A DNA stretch of 61,914 bases, taken from the NCBI GenBank assembly GCA_902788975.1, contig CADAMI010000001.1, positions 1 to 61,914 of the forward strand, read 5' to 3'. The stretch comes from an uncultured Erysipelotrichaceae bacterium (lineage in GTDB: Bacteria > Bacillota_I > Bacilli_A > RF39 > UBA660). A program made the translations under genes and the position numbers. A model generated the notes under the pieces. The model had not been told where the DNA came from. It ran no database searches and saw only the letters and a list, made by a program, of their open reading frames with translations. This document shows positions 21,553 through 32,000 of the stretch, one piece after another. The stretch's first letter is position 1. Each line of letters begins with the position of its first letter.

Positions 21553-22236
21553 TTATAAAGGTATTACAACATAGTAATTTTGTCTGTAGCCCTTATTAGC
21601 ATTATCTAAACACTTAAATTTATACTTTCTACTAACACCTTTAGCTGGGTCAGCAACAATATAATGTGTAAGGTCAGTTTTCCAAATAAGACCATAATGT
21701 CCAAACTTTGAAACATAATCACCTTTACATTTCCTTGTTTGGTCTACTTGCCAATGACAAATAATTGGGAAACCTTTCTTTAAATATTTCTTAACTTCAC
21801 TACTTTTTCTAGCAATAGGTAAAATTTTAAAACCTAATTTAGGAGCATACTTAATAAGGTTAGCTGGAGAAGTACCCCCATTTTTACTGGTCTGTAAAAT
21901 CTTAGCACATTGTTGCTCTGAGTGGTAGTTATATAACAATTGGCTAGCCATTGATAAACTAGTCGGACAACAAGTATAATTAGTACTTTGTGGGTCAAAC
22001 ACTAAAGGATTATCAGCATTACTAGTTAAAGTAACATAATTAGGATACCTACCATTTTTCAATATAAACATATTCATACTTTCATATAATCCAGCATATT
22101 GTTTTGGTGTTAATTTATATTCTTTTTTGGTATCCATATCTACCATTTTCAACCAATTAGGTAATCCTTCACCTTTTTTCAACCACTTATTTATTCTTTT
22201 AGCTCCATCTTGAAGCATATTTTTACTAAATCTCAT
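21553..22236 (-). CDS. Pseudomurein endoisopeptidase-like lysin (PMBR repeats + Cys-His-Asp peptidase; PeiW/PeiP-type)
   Basis: PMBR-like ...KKGEGLPNWLKM and LTPKQYAGLYESMNMFILKNGRYPNYVTL. Peptidase NYTCCPTSLSMA, FGHYGLIW, VADPAKG. Confidence 0.75.
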   Translation of the reverse strand: MRFSKNMLQDGAKRINKWLKKGEGLPNWLKMVDMDTKKEYKLTPKQYAGLYESMNMFILKNGRYPNYVTLTSNADNPLVFDPQSTNYTCCPTSLSMASQLLYNYHSEQQCAKILQTSKNGGTSPANLIKYAPKLGFKILPIARKSSEVKKYLKKGFPIICHWQVDQTRKCKGDYVSKFGHYGLIWKTDLTHYIVADPAKGVSRKYKFKCLDNANKGYRQNYYVVIPL

Positions 22237-22240
22237 TATA

Positions 22241-22312
22241 TCACCTTTGTATTAAATATAATATTAACAATAACATCATTCCAAAAAATATTAAAAATAA
22301 ATAATTATTCAT
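22241..22312 (-). CDS. 23-aa single-TM peptide immediately upstream of the lysin
   Basis: AGGGGAT RBS, ATG 22312, MNNYLFLIFFGMMLLLILYLIQR. Its last codons form the lysin RBS. Confidence 0.4.
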   Translation of the reverse strand: MNNYLFLIFFGMMLLLILYLIQR

Positions 22313-22323
22313 AAAATAATCCC

Positions 22324-23211
22324 CTATATTGTGTATATTCGATAATTTTTAAATTTTATACTACAAGTCTTATATAACTGAAATCCCATATAATAATTTG
22401 TTCTATTTGATATTGTTGTAGTTCTTATTAATGTATCATTAACATATTGTTTTATTGATGTTCCAGTTTTTTCCATTTTCAGATGATATGGTGCAGTATA
22501 ACTGGCTAAATTAAAGTTTATTCCAAGTCCTTGTAATAAAAATGCAATTTGACTCCCACTTCCAAAAGTGGTGCTTACTACATCACATTCTATTATAAAA
22601 TCTTCTATGGTAACTGGTGGGGTTTCACTTGTTACATTTTGTGGGTTTGCAAAATAGTATCTTGATGTTGTTGTACTTGTATTTGATAAGTTTGTTCCAT
22701 CTTTTCCAACTGTTACTGTTAATCCAGATGTGTCTGCACTTCTTACGAACCAATGTGTATCTTTGTTGTTTGTTACTGCATAATCTATCATTACATCGAT
22801 TACTTGTATTGTTTTACTTGCAGTTTCTGTGCCATAGGTTACTGTGTATGTGGTAGTGGTGGTTATGGTTTGGTTGAATAAGGTGTAGATTCCATCACTA
22901 TCAGTTGTTCCATTGTAACTGTTTGTTCCATCACTAATTGTTATAATCTTGTTAGATAATGGGTTGCCAACACCATCCAGTAATCTAACAGTTATATCAA
23001 TTGTTTCTCCACTTGTTACATATGGTCTGTTCGGTATTATTTGAATGTTAGTATCACCAATTCCCATAAGATTTTGTTCATTAACTAATTTTACCATATC
23101 ATAGATTGTTTGTTCACCAGTACCAATACCAAAAGTACAGTTTATACCACGATTATTAAGGTTATTTTCTAATGTATTGCCAATATTCTGTATATTATCA
23201 CAAATACTCAT
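22324..23211 (-). CDS. Receptor-binding/tail-fibre protein, short paralogue (one lectin-like C-terminal domain)
   Basis: The N-terminal ~130 aa align with 23224-24567 (MSICDNIQNIGNTLENNLNNRGINCTFG...). The C-terminus ends ...SIKFKNYRIYTI, as in concanavalin-like/DUF1080-type domains. Confidence 0.6.
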   Translation of the reverse strand: MSICDNIQNIGNTLENNLNNRGINCTFGIGTGEQTIYDMVKLVNEQNLMGIGDTNIQIIPNRPYVTSGETIDITVRLLDGVGNPLSNKIITISDGTNSYNGTTDSDGIYTLFNQTITTTTTYTVTYGTETASKTIQVIDVMIDYAVTNNKDTHWFVRSADTSGLTVTVGKDGTNLSNTSTTTSRYYFANPQNVTSETPPVTIEDFIIECDVVSTTFGSGSQIAFLLQGLGINFNLASYTAPYHLKMEKTGTSIKQYVNDTLIRTTTISNRTNYYMGFQLYKTCSIKFKNYRIYTI

Positions 23212-23223
23212 AAAAAATCACTC

Positions 23224-24567
23224 CTATAATGGTCTAATAGATAAATTCGCAAATTTTAATGATGGAGCAGTAGGAAAATTACTTAAAGGAGTATAATAAC
23301 CTATTTCAATACCATAAGTTGATGGTTGAGTATAAGTCTTTGTTGATACAAGAGTTCCATCTATATATATTTTAGTGCTTGTTGTTCCAATCTCAATCCT
23401 TGCCCTACTGCCTATATGATTCAATTCTTTATTAAAATTTGTTCTATTCCCCAAGTCAGATTTTATCCAAATACTGCCACTATCAGTCCAATGGAGTATA
23501 TCAAATTCTACAATGATAGGATAACTGAAAGGGCTTCTGCTTGTTGTTGAAGATGGGCAGTATCCACAAGTCCAATGTGTTCCATTTGGGTGGGGAACAG
23601 AAGTGAATGTTGTTCCACTATCATCTACTGTTATGATTCCACCAGTATTGTTAAACCAAGTGTTGTTTTTGTTATTGGTTACTGCATAGTCTACGAAATC
23701 GCAGTATTCTACAAGGCAAGTTGCAGTTTCTGTTCCATAACTTGCAGTAAAAGTGGTGTCATCAGTAACACTTATATTATACAATGCAAACTCACCTTTC
23801 TCATCAGTAACACCATTGATAATTTCATAAACCTTAAAGTTTTTGTATATCAAGTATTTACTATTTCTTACACGAAGAGTTATTCTCGCATTTGGCAATG
23901 AAAGATTTGTTGTCTTGATGAGTGTATCATTTAACCATATCTTCTGCTCATCTGATGTTACTTTAATCTTATAATGTCCAGTAGTTACTGCTTGTGCAAA
24001 GTTGTCTGTTGTTTGGTCTGAATATATTTGCACTTGTGCATCACTATTTGAAGTACCATTTGTTTCTACAATATCAAACTCAACAATGTATGGAGGATTA
24101 TAGGAGTAAGCATTTGCATCTGATATAGTCTTGTTTGATGGTATGATACTTCGCATTACGAAATTTGCAGGTTCCCTTGTGTTCAGTAACTTTGTACCAT
24201 CACTTTGAACAGTAGCAGTACCATAACTGTTAATATACCAATGGTCATTATGACTTGCAGTTGTTCCATCATCTCTAAAAATAGATTGTTCAATGGTTAC
24301 ATTCTTATTCGCTAATGGTTCACCTAATCCATCTTCCAGTTTTACTATCACATCAGTAGTTTCATTCTCTAAAAGGTATGGTCTGTTAGCACCAATCTTC
24401 AAGTTCACATCACTTGAACCCTTAAAATTCGTATCATTAATAAAATTCACCATATCATAAATAGTAGATTCACCACTTTTTTTACCAAATGTACATTGAA
24501 TACCACGTTCATTTAAATTTTCTTCTAAACTATTACCTATAGTTTGTATTTTATCGCATATTGTCAT
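23224..24567 (-). CDS. Receptor-binding/tail-fibre protein, long paralogue (two lectin-like domains)
   Basis: MTICDKIQTIGNSLEENLNERGIQCTFG... Two modules, each with ...HW(Y/F)...DG(T/S)... and ending FKNFKVYEI / LKFANLSIRPL. Confidence 0.6.
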   Translation of the reverse strand: MTICDKIQTIGNSLEENLNERGIQCTFGKKSGESTIYDMVNFINDTNFKGSSDVNLKIGANRPYLLENETTDVIVKLEDGLGEPLANKNVTIEQSIFRDDGTTASHNDHWYINSYGTATVQSDGTKLLNTREPANFVMRSIIPSNKTISDANAYSYNPPYIVEFDIVETNGTSNSDAQVQIYSDQTTDNFAQAVTTGHYKIKVTSDEQKIWLNDTLIKTTNLSLPNARITLRVRNSKYLIYKNFKVYEIINGVTDEKGEFALYNISVTDDTTFTASYGTETATCLVEYCDFVDYAVTNNKNNTWFNNTGGIITVDDSGTTFTSVPHPNGTHWTCGYCPSSTTSRSPFSYPIIVEFDILHWTDSGSIWIKSDLGNRTNFNKELNHIGSRARIEIGTTSTKIYIDGTLVSTKTYTQPSTYGIEIGYYTPLSNFPTAPSLKFANLSIRPL

Positions 24568-24571
24568 AAAA

Positions 24572-25573
24572 TCACCTTATTCTTTTCCACATATAAACAC
24601 TTAAATACGGTGGCATATTATTATGTGCTTCAGTAGCATTACTTGCAGAATTATTATCAGTAGTGGATTTACTTGAAGCAGTATTATCATATGTAGTATA
24701 TTTTGTACTTGTTTTTCTATTAGCAGTTGTAATATATGCACTTACTGTTCCATCACTATCATCTGAAAAGTTTCTATTTAAACTATGTCTATGGTAATGT
24801 GTATGTGCCATTCCGTGTCCGTGAGCTTTTAATCCACTTTGATTAGCAGTTAAAGTTACAGTAGCTTCACCACCTTCACTACCAGCGTCATAAATATCAC
24901 CAGCAGCCAATAAAAAAGTATCTTTTAAACGTTCCCATTCACCACCAAAAAGAACACTAGGAGAAACATCATTAACACTCATATATATATAACCAACTGG
25001 ATAAACTAAATCAATAATCCTATTAAATACACTATCTTTTTCATTTTGTAATTTTTCAATAAATTCAAATACAATTTTCACATTCATAATACTTAATATT
25101 GAATTAGATTTATTACCATTTAATAAAAACTCTATATCAAAAGTTTTACCATTAACAATAAAATCTAAATCATCATAATCAAAAACACCACAATCAAGAA
25201 CCATATGTCTATTATTCATAAATACATAAAAATCTTTTTTCTTAATAATATCATCGTGAATAAGATTAACACCATTAAAAATAAAATTATTATTTCCAGT
25301 ATCAATATCAAATACAATTTTAATATTAGTAATATATTTTTCTTTTAATTCATTAACTTTATCAATATGAAAAATCAATTTATCATTTTCAACAAGATTA
25401 TATTTAATAATTTTATTATCAGATTTAATCCAATTATACCCATCAACCATATAATCATATAAATCTAAACTAAAAGGTGAAGATAAAGTATTATATTCAT
25501 CAATAGTTAAAGAAACCTTATCATATTGAATATCATCAATATCTCTTCTTTGTGTTTGGTCAATATCCATCAT
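24572..25573 (-). CDS. Tail-collar-domain fibre/baseplate protein
   Basis: VGYIYMS...VLFGGEWERL...GGEATVTLTANQ...HNNMPPYLSVYMWKRI is typical of phage tail collar/MdpB-like C-termini. Confidence 0.65.
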   Translation of the reverse strand: MMDIDQTQRRDIDDIQYDKVSLTIDEYNTLSSPFSLDLYDYMVDGYNWIKSDNKIIKYNLVENDKLIFHIDKVNELKEKYITNIKIVFDIDTGNNNFIFNGVNLIHDDIIKKKDFYVFMNNRHMVLDCGVFDYDDLDFIVNGKTFDIEFLLNGNKSNSILSIMNVKIVFEFIEKLQNEKDSVFNRIIDLVYPVGYIYMSVNDVSPSVLFGGEWERLKDTFLLAAGDIYDAGSEGGEATVTLTANQSGLKAHGHGMAHTHYHRHSLNRNFSDDSDGTVSAYITTANRKTSTKYTTYDNTASSKSTTDNNSASNATEAHNNMPPYLSVYMWKRIR

Positions 25574-25579
25574 AAAATA

Positions 25580-27277
25580 TCACACCCATACTTCATCAAA
25601 CATATTATCCGTTGTAGTATCTTTATAAGTAACTGGAGTATTAATATCTAATTTAGTTTTAATTAATTGTCTTCTTTGATTAGCCAAATTATTTTTAACC
25701 TTTAATTTATAATCAATATCACCAAGACCATAACTAGTTTGTATCATAGGTCTATCATCAACATCAATTTTAATTTCTCTAGAAGCAACAACATATTCAT
25801 TAGTTAATAAAGGATTAACAGTTTTAGTAGCAACATAATCATTAACATTAACTGGTGGCAATCCAGCAACACTAACAGTAAAAGTAATATCTGGTTTAAA
25901 ATATTGTATAAGATTATCATAACTACGCTGACTAGCATCAATAAAACCAGTACTTTCAGATAAATTTTCAATATAAGTCTGTTCACCATATCTTAATAAT
26001 TCATTAAGATGACTTTTTCTAGTATAACTATAAGTAGGAGTATTATCACCATCACCACTATAAATCTTATAAATAGTAATAGCATTATTGATTAAATCAG
26101 CAGTAGGAGAATATTTAATATTACTAATACCTATAATATCACCATCATAACCTTCATTAAAAGTATAAACAATATCAGTAGTATCAACATATTGTTTAAA
26201 ATTTATTTTATCATCATTTCTACGTTTACCATATTTAATATTATAAGTATATTTAGTAACATCAAGTATACTCTTTATACCATCTAATAATGTTTTACCA
26301 CTAACACCAAGATTAACTGGATTAATTAATTCACCACTAAATAATCCTATATTATAAAGATTAATTTTATAACTACTATCATTTTTATCATCATATAATA
26401 ATCTTTCGTCAGTATCAGTTTTAGGGTCATCTTTTTTATCTTCAAAATCATATAATAATTCTATAGTTTTTAAATAATATTTATTATTTTTAACATTATT
26501 CATATCTTCAACACTTTTAATTTTATTAAGAATATCTATTTCGTGGATATGATTTTCATTATTATTAAATATGAGTTTGTTAGGATTATTAAATTTATAT
26601 TTTAAAGTATCTGGAGCTTCACCACTCCAATCAACATAAATATATTTAATAGTACCATTCTTATTATTAACTGTATATCCAATTTTAAAATAGCCCCTAA
26701 AATAATCATTTTTGTTAAATCCTCTAGTAATAGTATAAGTAGTGGTTTTAGTAGTAGATGAAGATTTATTAGAACCATCAAGATTTAAACCAGCACCTTC
26801 AAATTTTTTATTACGTATTTTATTAATAATTTCATTATCGGTTCTACCTTGAATCCAAGTTATACCGTGTTTTTTAAGAAAATTTGCTGGATTACTCATA
26901 GAACTAGCTATATTACCTTTACCATCGTGAGCTTTAGAAACCTTTTTAGTATTAGCTACATCGATACAAGCTTTTCCCCAATAAATATACATAATATGAG
27001 CATTTTTAATCCTATCTTTGAACCAATAGTTTTGTTTCCAACCAGTATGGTCAGAAACCACTTCAAGGTCAAACCCACTAAAGATACAAACAAAAACATC
27101 ATTTTTTCCTTTACACGCTTTAGGTGGATTAGAATGAGCATTAGGACTTCTAGCACCAATTACAGTTTTATGCCCTAATGCACTAAATGCTGAAGCTATT
27201 TTATTCATACGTGCTTTATCTTTACTTGCTGTATCATTTTTATCTGAACATATATAAAAAGTATAAACCATAAACAA
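25580..27277 (-). CDS. Baseplate/tail-tip structural protein (unassigned)
   Basis: 565-aa ORF within the tail module. No motif recognised. Confidence 0.45.
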   Translation of the reverse strand: MFMVYTFYICSDKNDTASKDKARMNKIASAFSALGHKTVIGARSPNAHSNPPKACKGKNDVFVCIFSGFDLEVVSDHTGWKQNYWFKDRIKNAHIMYIYWGKACIDVANTKKVSKAHDGKGNIASSMSNPANFLKKHGITWIQGRTDNEIINKIRNKKFEGAGLNLDGSNKSSSTTKTTTYTITRGFNKNDYFRGYFKIGYTVNNKNGTIKYIYVDWSGEAPDTLKYKFNNPNKLIFNNNENHIHEIDILNKIKSVEDMNNVKNNKYYLKTIELLYDFEDKKDDPKTDTDERLLYDDKNDSSYKINLYNIGLFSGELINPVNLGVSGKTLLDGIKSILDVTKYTYNIKYGKRRNDDKINFKQYVDTTDIVYTFNEGYDGDIIGISNIKYSPTADLINNAITIYKIYSGDGDNTPTYSYTRKSHLNELLRYGEQTYIENLSESTGFIDASQRSYDNLIQYFKPDITFTVSVAGLPPVNVNDYVATKTVNPLLTNEYVVASREIKIDVDDRPMIQTSYGLGDIDYKLKVKNNLANQRRQLIKTKLDINTPVTYKDTTTDNMFDEVWV

Positions 27278-27283
27278 TCACCT

Positions 27284-29017
27284 TTACAATTTAGGTTTAG
27301 TAGGATAATTTGTAATTGTAGCATTTTTAATACAACCATAATAACAATTAGATTGTCCTTTATAATTACCCCAACCACTTTTAATAGATGGGTCTACAAT
27401 AACACCATTAATTTTAGCAAAAACGTGTCCACGTTTTTTACTTTTATTTTGTACATATACATATTTCAAATCATTTACACCTTTATAGTTACACATATCA
27501 AGTAATAATTCAGTTTTACAACAATCATTACCTTTACCATCACTTTTAACTTTCTCTGAAGATTTATTAAAACCTTTAGTAGTAGTTGTTTTAATATTAG
27601 TACTTACTTCAGTAAATAACGCTTTAATAGCACTATTACCTTTAGATTTTGTTATTTTATCAGCATAATTTTTTACAGATTTACTAATACCTTTATTAAC
27701 TACAACATTTTCTTTAATAGTTTCTTGATATTCTTCTTTACCCATACCATAATTTATATAAAAATTAGGATAATCATTTAATGATAAAGGATTTTTACCA
27801 GAATCATAAATAGTAACACTTTGTGATTTGTTTCTGTTATTACCATTACGTATAGTAACATATTTATTTTGTATATTAGTAGTCATATTTTTAGGTGTAA
27901 ATTTAGTGAAACCTTTTTTACCATAACTTGCTAGTTTAATTTTATTTCTTCTAATTACACCTTCACCTATTTTAATATTATTATTAAAAGGTACTTCACA
28001 ATTTAATAATAAAAAATTAATAGCATCACTATAATAATCATATTTTTTAAGATAATCTAAACCATAATTATAATCTAATTTATTATCATCAGTATACCCT
28101 TTAAGATAAATTTCTGATAAACAATACCTTCTATCTAAATCAATCATTCTATCAGCACATTCCAAACTTAATACAGTTAAATCATCATTAACAGTACAAG
28201 TAGAAATATACCCACCAAATACACGTTCTTCAATGTTTTTAGTATTATAAACATATAAATTAATTTCATCACGATAATCAAACACAAAACCACTACGATT
28301 AGCATTAGGATTAGTAGGTTCAAGTTTTTCATCTAAACCGTGATAATACATAAAATCACATTTCATAGTATTAATACCAAAATTATTAGTATGGGAAACA
28401 CTAGCACTAATAAGGTTCAATTTATCATTACTAATATTTTGATTTTTAACTCTACTAGCAGTCCAAATATCATATTTTTTAATAGCTAAAGCAAAAAATA
28501 CCATATTAGGAGAAAAAGTATAAGTTATAATATTTTTACCTTTATGTAAACTAGTATAAATATAATGTCTACTATAATTAACATCATTACTAATCCATAC
28601 ACTTTTATTAGAAGTTATTTCTTTATCATTAACTGTTACAGTAACAACACTATTATTTTTCTTATCTTTTTTATTGTTATTATCTAAAGTAGTACCTTTA
28701 TAATAAGTATTAGAATATAAACATTCTAATCTAAAATTATCTGAAGCTTCATCAGCTTCATAATTAAATGTTAAAACCATATTTTTATTTTTATCTTTAG
28801 ATTTATAACAATTCATACCATCAAACCAAGCAGTAACAGTATTAGAAGATTTAGTTATAGAATTGTTATTTAAAGTATATAAGATTTCTTTAGTCTTATC
28901 ATATTTAAAAATTTCAATTCTAAACTTATCATCATCATACCTTATACGATTAGTATGATTAGCATTAAAATCTCTAGTTATATGTTTATTTAATGTCATA
29001 TTAATTCTCCCAATCAA
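27284..29017 (-). CDS. Tail-tip protein with C-terminal transglutaminase-like Cys peptidase domain
   Basis: GKGNDCCKTELLLDMC...RGHVFAKINGVIVDPS gives a Cys/His/Asp arrangement at about 27337-27535. Confidence 0.5.
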   Translation of the reverse strand: MIGRINMTLNKHITRDFNANHTNRIRYDDDKFRIEIFKYDKTKEILYTLNNNSITKSSNTVTAWFDGMNCYKSKDKNKNMVLTFNYEADEASDNFRLECLYSNTYYKGTTLDNNNKKDKKNNSVVTVTVNDKEITSNKSVWISNDVNYSRHYIYTSLHKGKNIITYTFSPNMVFFALAIKKYDIWTASRVKNQNISNDKLNLISASVSHTNNFGINTMKCDFMYYHGLDEKLEPTNPNANRSGFVFDYRDEINLYVYNTKNIEERVFGGYISTCTVNDDLTVLSLECADRMIDLDRRYCLSEIYLKGYTDDNKLDYNYGLDYLKKYDYYSDAINFLLLNCEVPFNNNIKIGEGVIRRNKIKLASYGKKGFTKFTPKNMTTNIQNKYVTIRNGNNRNKSQSVTIYDSGKNPLSLNDYPNFYINYGMGKEEYQETIKENVVVNKGISKSVKNYADKITKSKGNSAIKALFTEVSTNIKTTTTKGFNKSSEKVKSDGKGNDCCKTELLLDMCNYKGVNDLKYVYVQNKSKKRGHVFAKINGVIVDPSIKSGWGNYKGQSNCYYGCIKNATITNYPTKPKL

Positions 29018-32000
29018 TATTTATAATTTGTTCGTTAGTATTAAAATATTCAATAAACACATTTTCTGGTTTATCCCATTCGCTACACTTTTTCATATAA
29101 GGTATTAATACAGTTTCCTTAGCTTTACTTAGATTACGTAAAGTAAAACTTTCTTTATAAGGTCTTACTATACATAAACCACAAGGTGCGTCATCATCAT
29201 ACAAGTTAGCATAATAGGTTTCATTAAATTTAACTTCTATTTTACTAGCATTAGCTTTGGAATTATCTTCTCTATATGATATGGTATTATCTACATCACC
29301 TTCATATAACATAATGTTTTTAACTATTATATTATCAGTATAATTAGGAAATATTATAAGGAAATCAATATATTTGACTTCATCTGGACAATCAGTAAAT
29401 ATAACTCTTATTTCATCAGAATATTCTTCAGTTTTAGAACCATCTTTCATTAAATAATCTTCACAAGTACTAGAATCATCATTAGATAAACTACCATTTA
29501 AAACACCTAAACAACTTTCAATATTAACTGTTTTAGATTGTTCCCAAATACCATAATCTATATTATCAACAGAATGTATACAACCCTTTTCATCAAAACC
29601 CCTACATTTTACTATAACTGTATCTATATTATATGTTTTTAAATCATTTAATAATAATGTAAAGGTACTATTTGGTTTTTTAACATAAGTAGGACTTGCT
29701 GGGAAATTAAGAGCCATAGGTGCTGTAGTTGATTTATTAATTTTAATAGCTTTAACACTATTATCATCAATTAATTCCATATTATCTAAAGTATCATTAA
29801 CATAATAATAATCACCAGATTTAGTTAAACTAAATGTTTTAAAATTATCTAATCTAATATTTTGACCAATATTCCATTCTTCTTTAAATAATTGTATACT
29901 AGTTTTAGGATTAAATGTAGACATATAAGTATTATGCTCTTCAACAAAACCCATATCATTTTCATTCTCTATAGTTTCACAATATACTCTATCAACAAGA
30001 TTAAGTATACGGAAATCATCATTAGAATGTTTAACTTGAATGAATGGTCTACCACGCCACATTTTCCATATAGTTTCACCAAAATGTATTTCACACATAT
30101 CATCAGTATATTTATATAACTTAAGTTGTGGATTATCAGCTAATTTAAGTGTATTACATTTATACCATATATCACTAACATCATCATATCTATATAATAC
30201 AATATAACCACTTCTACGATGGAATTCACATTTTACTAAACCATTATCTAAAGTTACTGGACTAAAACCATTATCTAAATTAAATAAACTAATACCATTA
30301 ACTGAATTAAGTTCAGTTCCACCTTTATATTGTATATAAGGATTACATAAATATGTAGGTCTAACTTTTTTATTATCTACTAATGGTGTTTCAACAAAAT
30401 ACATAGTACCTTCATCAGTATGTCTAGTAAAACGTGTAATACTATTATTAACTGGTGTAGGACTACATAAAATATTACTATATTTTAAGTTGTTAGATAA
30501 GCTTACATCTTCATAACTACGGAATTTTAAATATCCATTTAAATCATACAATCTTTGGAATGATTTATTATCATATTTAATTTCAATTTCTAATTCATAA
30601 TCTGTATCTAACAAATTAATATCATTAAGTATTATTTTACCAGTACCATTATCACCTTCTGGTAACATACCATAATCAACAAAATTCATTTTGTTATTTT
30701 TCATTTCAAAGTATACATCACTACCAAAAGTTTTACCTTCATATTCATCTACATTTTCTGTAAAAGAATTAATTATTTTATTATATTCTGATAATTTAAT
30801 TTCTGATATATAACAATCGTTAGCAAAACATATATTATTATATGATATTTCACAATCTGAAAATGCTAATTCATCATTAATATAAACATCACATAAATTG
30901 TTATGTATTTTAAATTCAACATAAAAATTATTTACATTACCAATTCTATAACTTTTTAACATTTGACCATTTTTACGATATAATAACATTCTACCAATTG
31001 ATTGATTAGTCCAAACCGTAGTTATACCATTTTCTACAGTAGTACCACTTATTACATTACTAACACCATCATAATCAAACACAAAATTACCTAAATTAGA
31101 TGAATCTTCAAATTTAAATTTTAATGAATAATCATAATCTGGTAATATATTATTATTAATATATGCTTGAGTATTGTTAGGAACATTAACACTTTTATTA
31201 GTTGTATCAATATTTATACTATCACCTATATTAATAGTATAATTATATTCATTAAAGAATAAATCATTATCTACTTCAATAGTATTATGTATACCATCAA
31301 TTATACTAGGTTCTTCTGGGTCGCTTTCAACATTAATAGTAACATTATTAAGCATATAATAATCACCATTATAAGTATCATTACCACTACCCATTAATGT
31401 TAAATCCCAATTATCCATACTAAGTACAAATTTAATATTTTGACTAGTAACTATATCATCAAGATAAGAATAGAAAAACAATTCTTCATATGTATGATTA
31501 TTAAATAATTTCATAATATAATAATCATTAGTGTTTTTTGTTAAATCTGTAGTTTCATTACTACTACTAGTTACATATATATTTTGTCTAGTTTCATTAT
31601 GTAAACCGAATCCTTCTTGTTCAATAACACTATTTTTTGTTTTAGTAGTATCATTAATATGTAAATCATCAACATCATATAAATGTTGACCATAACCATA
31701 ATGATGTAAATTTTCTGGACAATATAAGAAAAATTTAGCATCACTACTAGTAATACTTGAATCATTTGGTATAACACCAGTAAATTCTATATACTCAACA
31801 TATTCATCATTATCAATATATTTAATAGGTTTACTTTTAAGTACATAAATACTATTATTTGTTAATTCTTCTAAATTTGTATTACCGTGTAAATCACAAC
31901 CAACACCTAAATATATTGGAGTATAACCGTGAGTAAAATTACAATTAAATCTAAATTTAAACATTTCACCTTTAGTAGTACTACCTTCAGAAACTAAATC

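Noticed and set aside
22324-24567. Diversity-generating retroelement acting on the receptor-binding genes
   Set aside because: There is no reverse transcriptase ORF. No template/variable repeat pair with A-specific mismatches was seen. The similarity between the genes is ordinary paralogy.
31571-31777. Same-strand internal ORFs (10668-10886, 25804-25989, 26956-27159, 31571-31777, 34403-34627)
   Set aside because: They are alternative frames wholly inside long, well-supported genes. Their translations are Leu/Ile/Met-rich and come from AT-rich codons.
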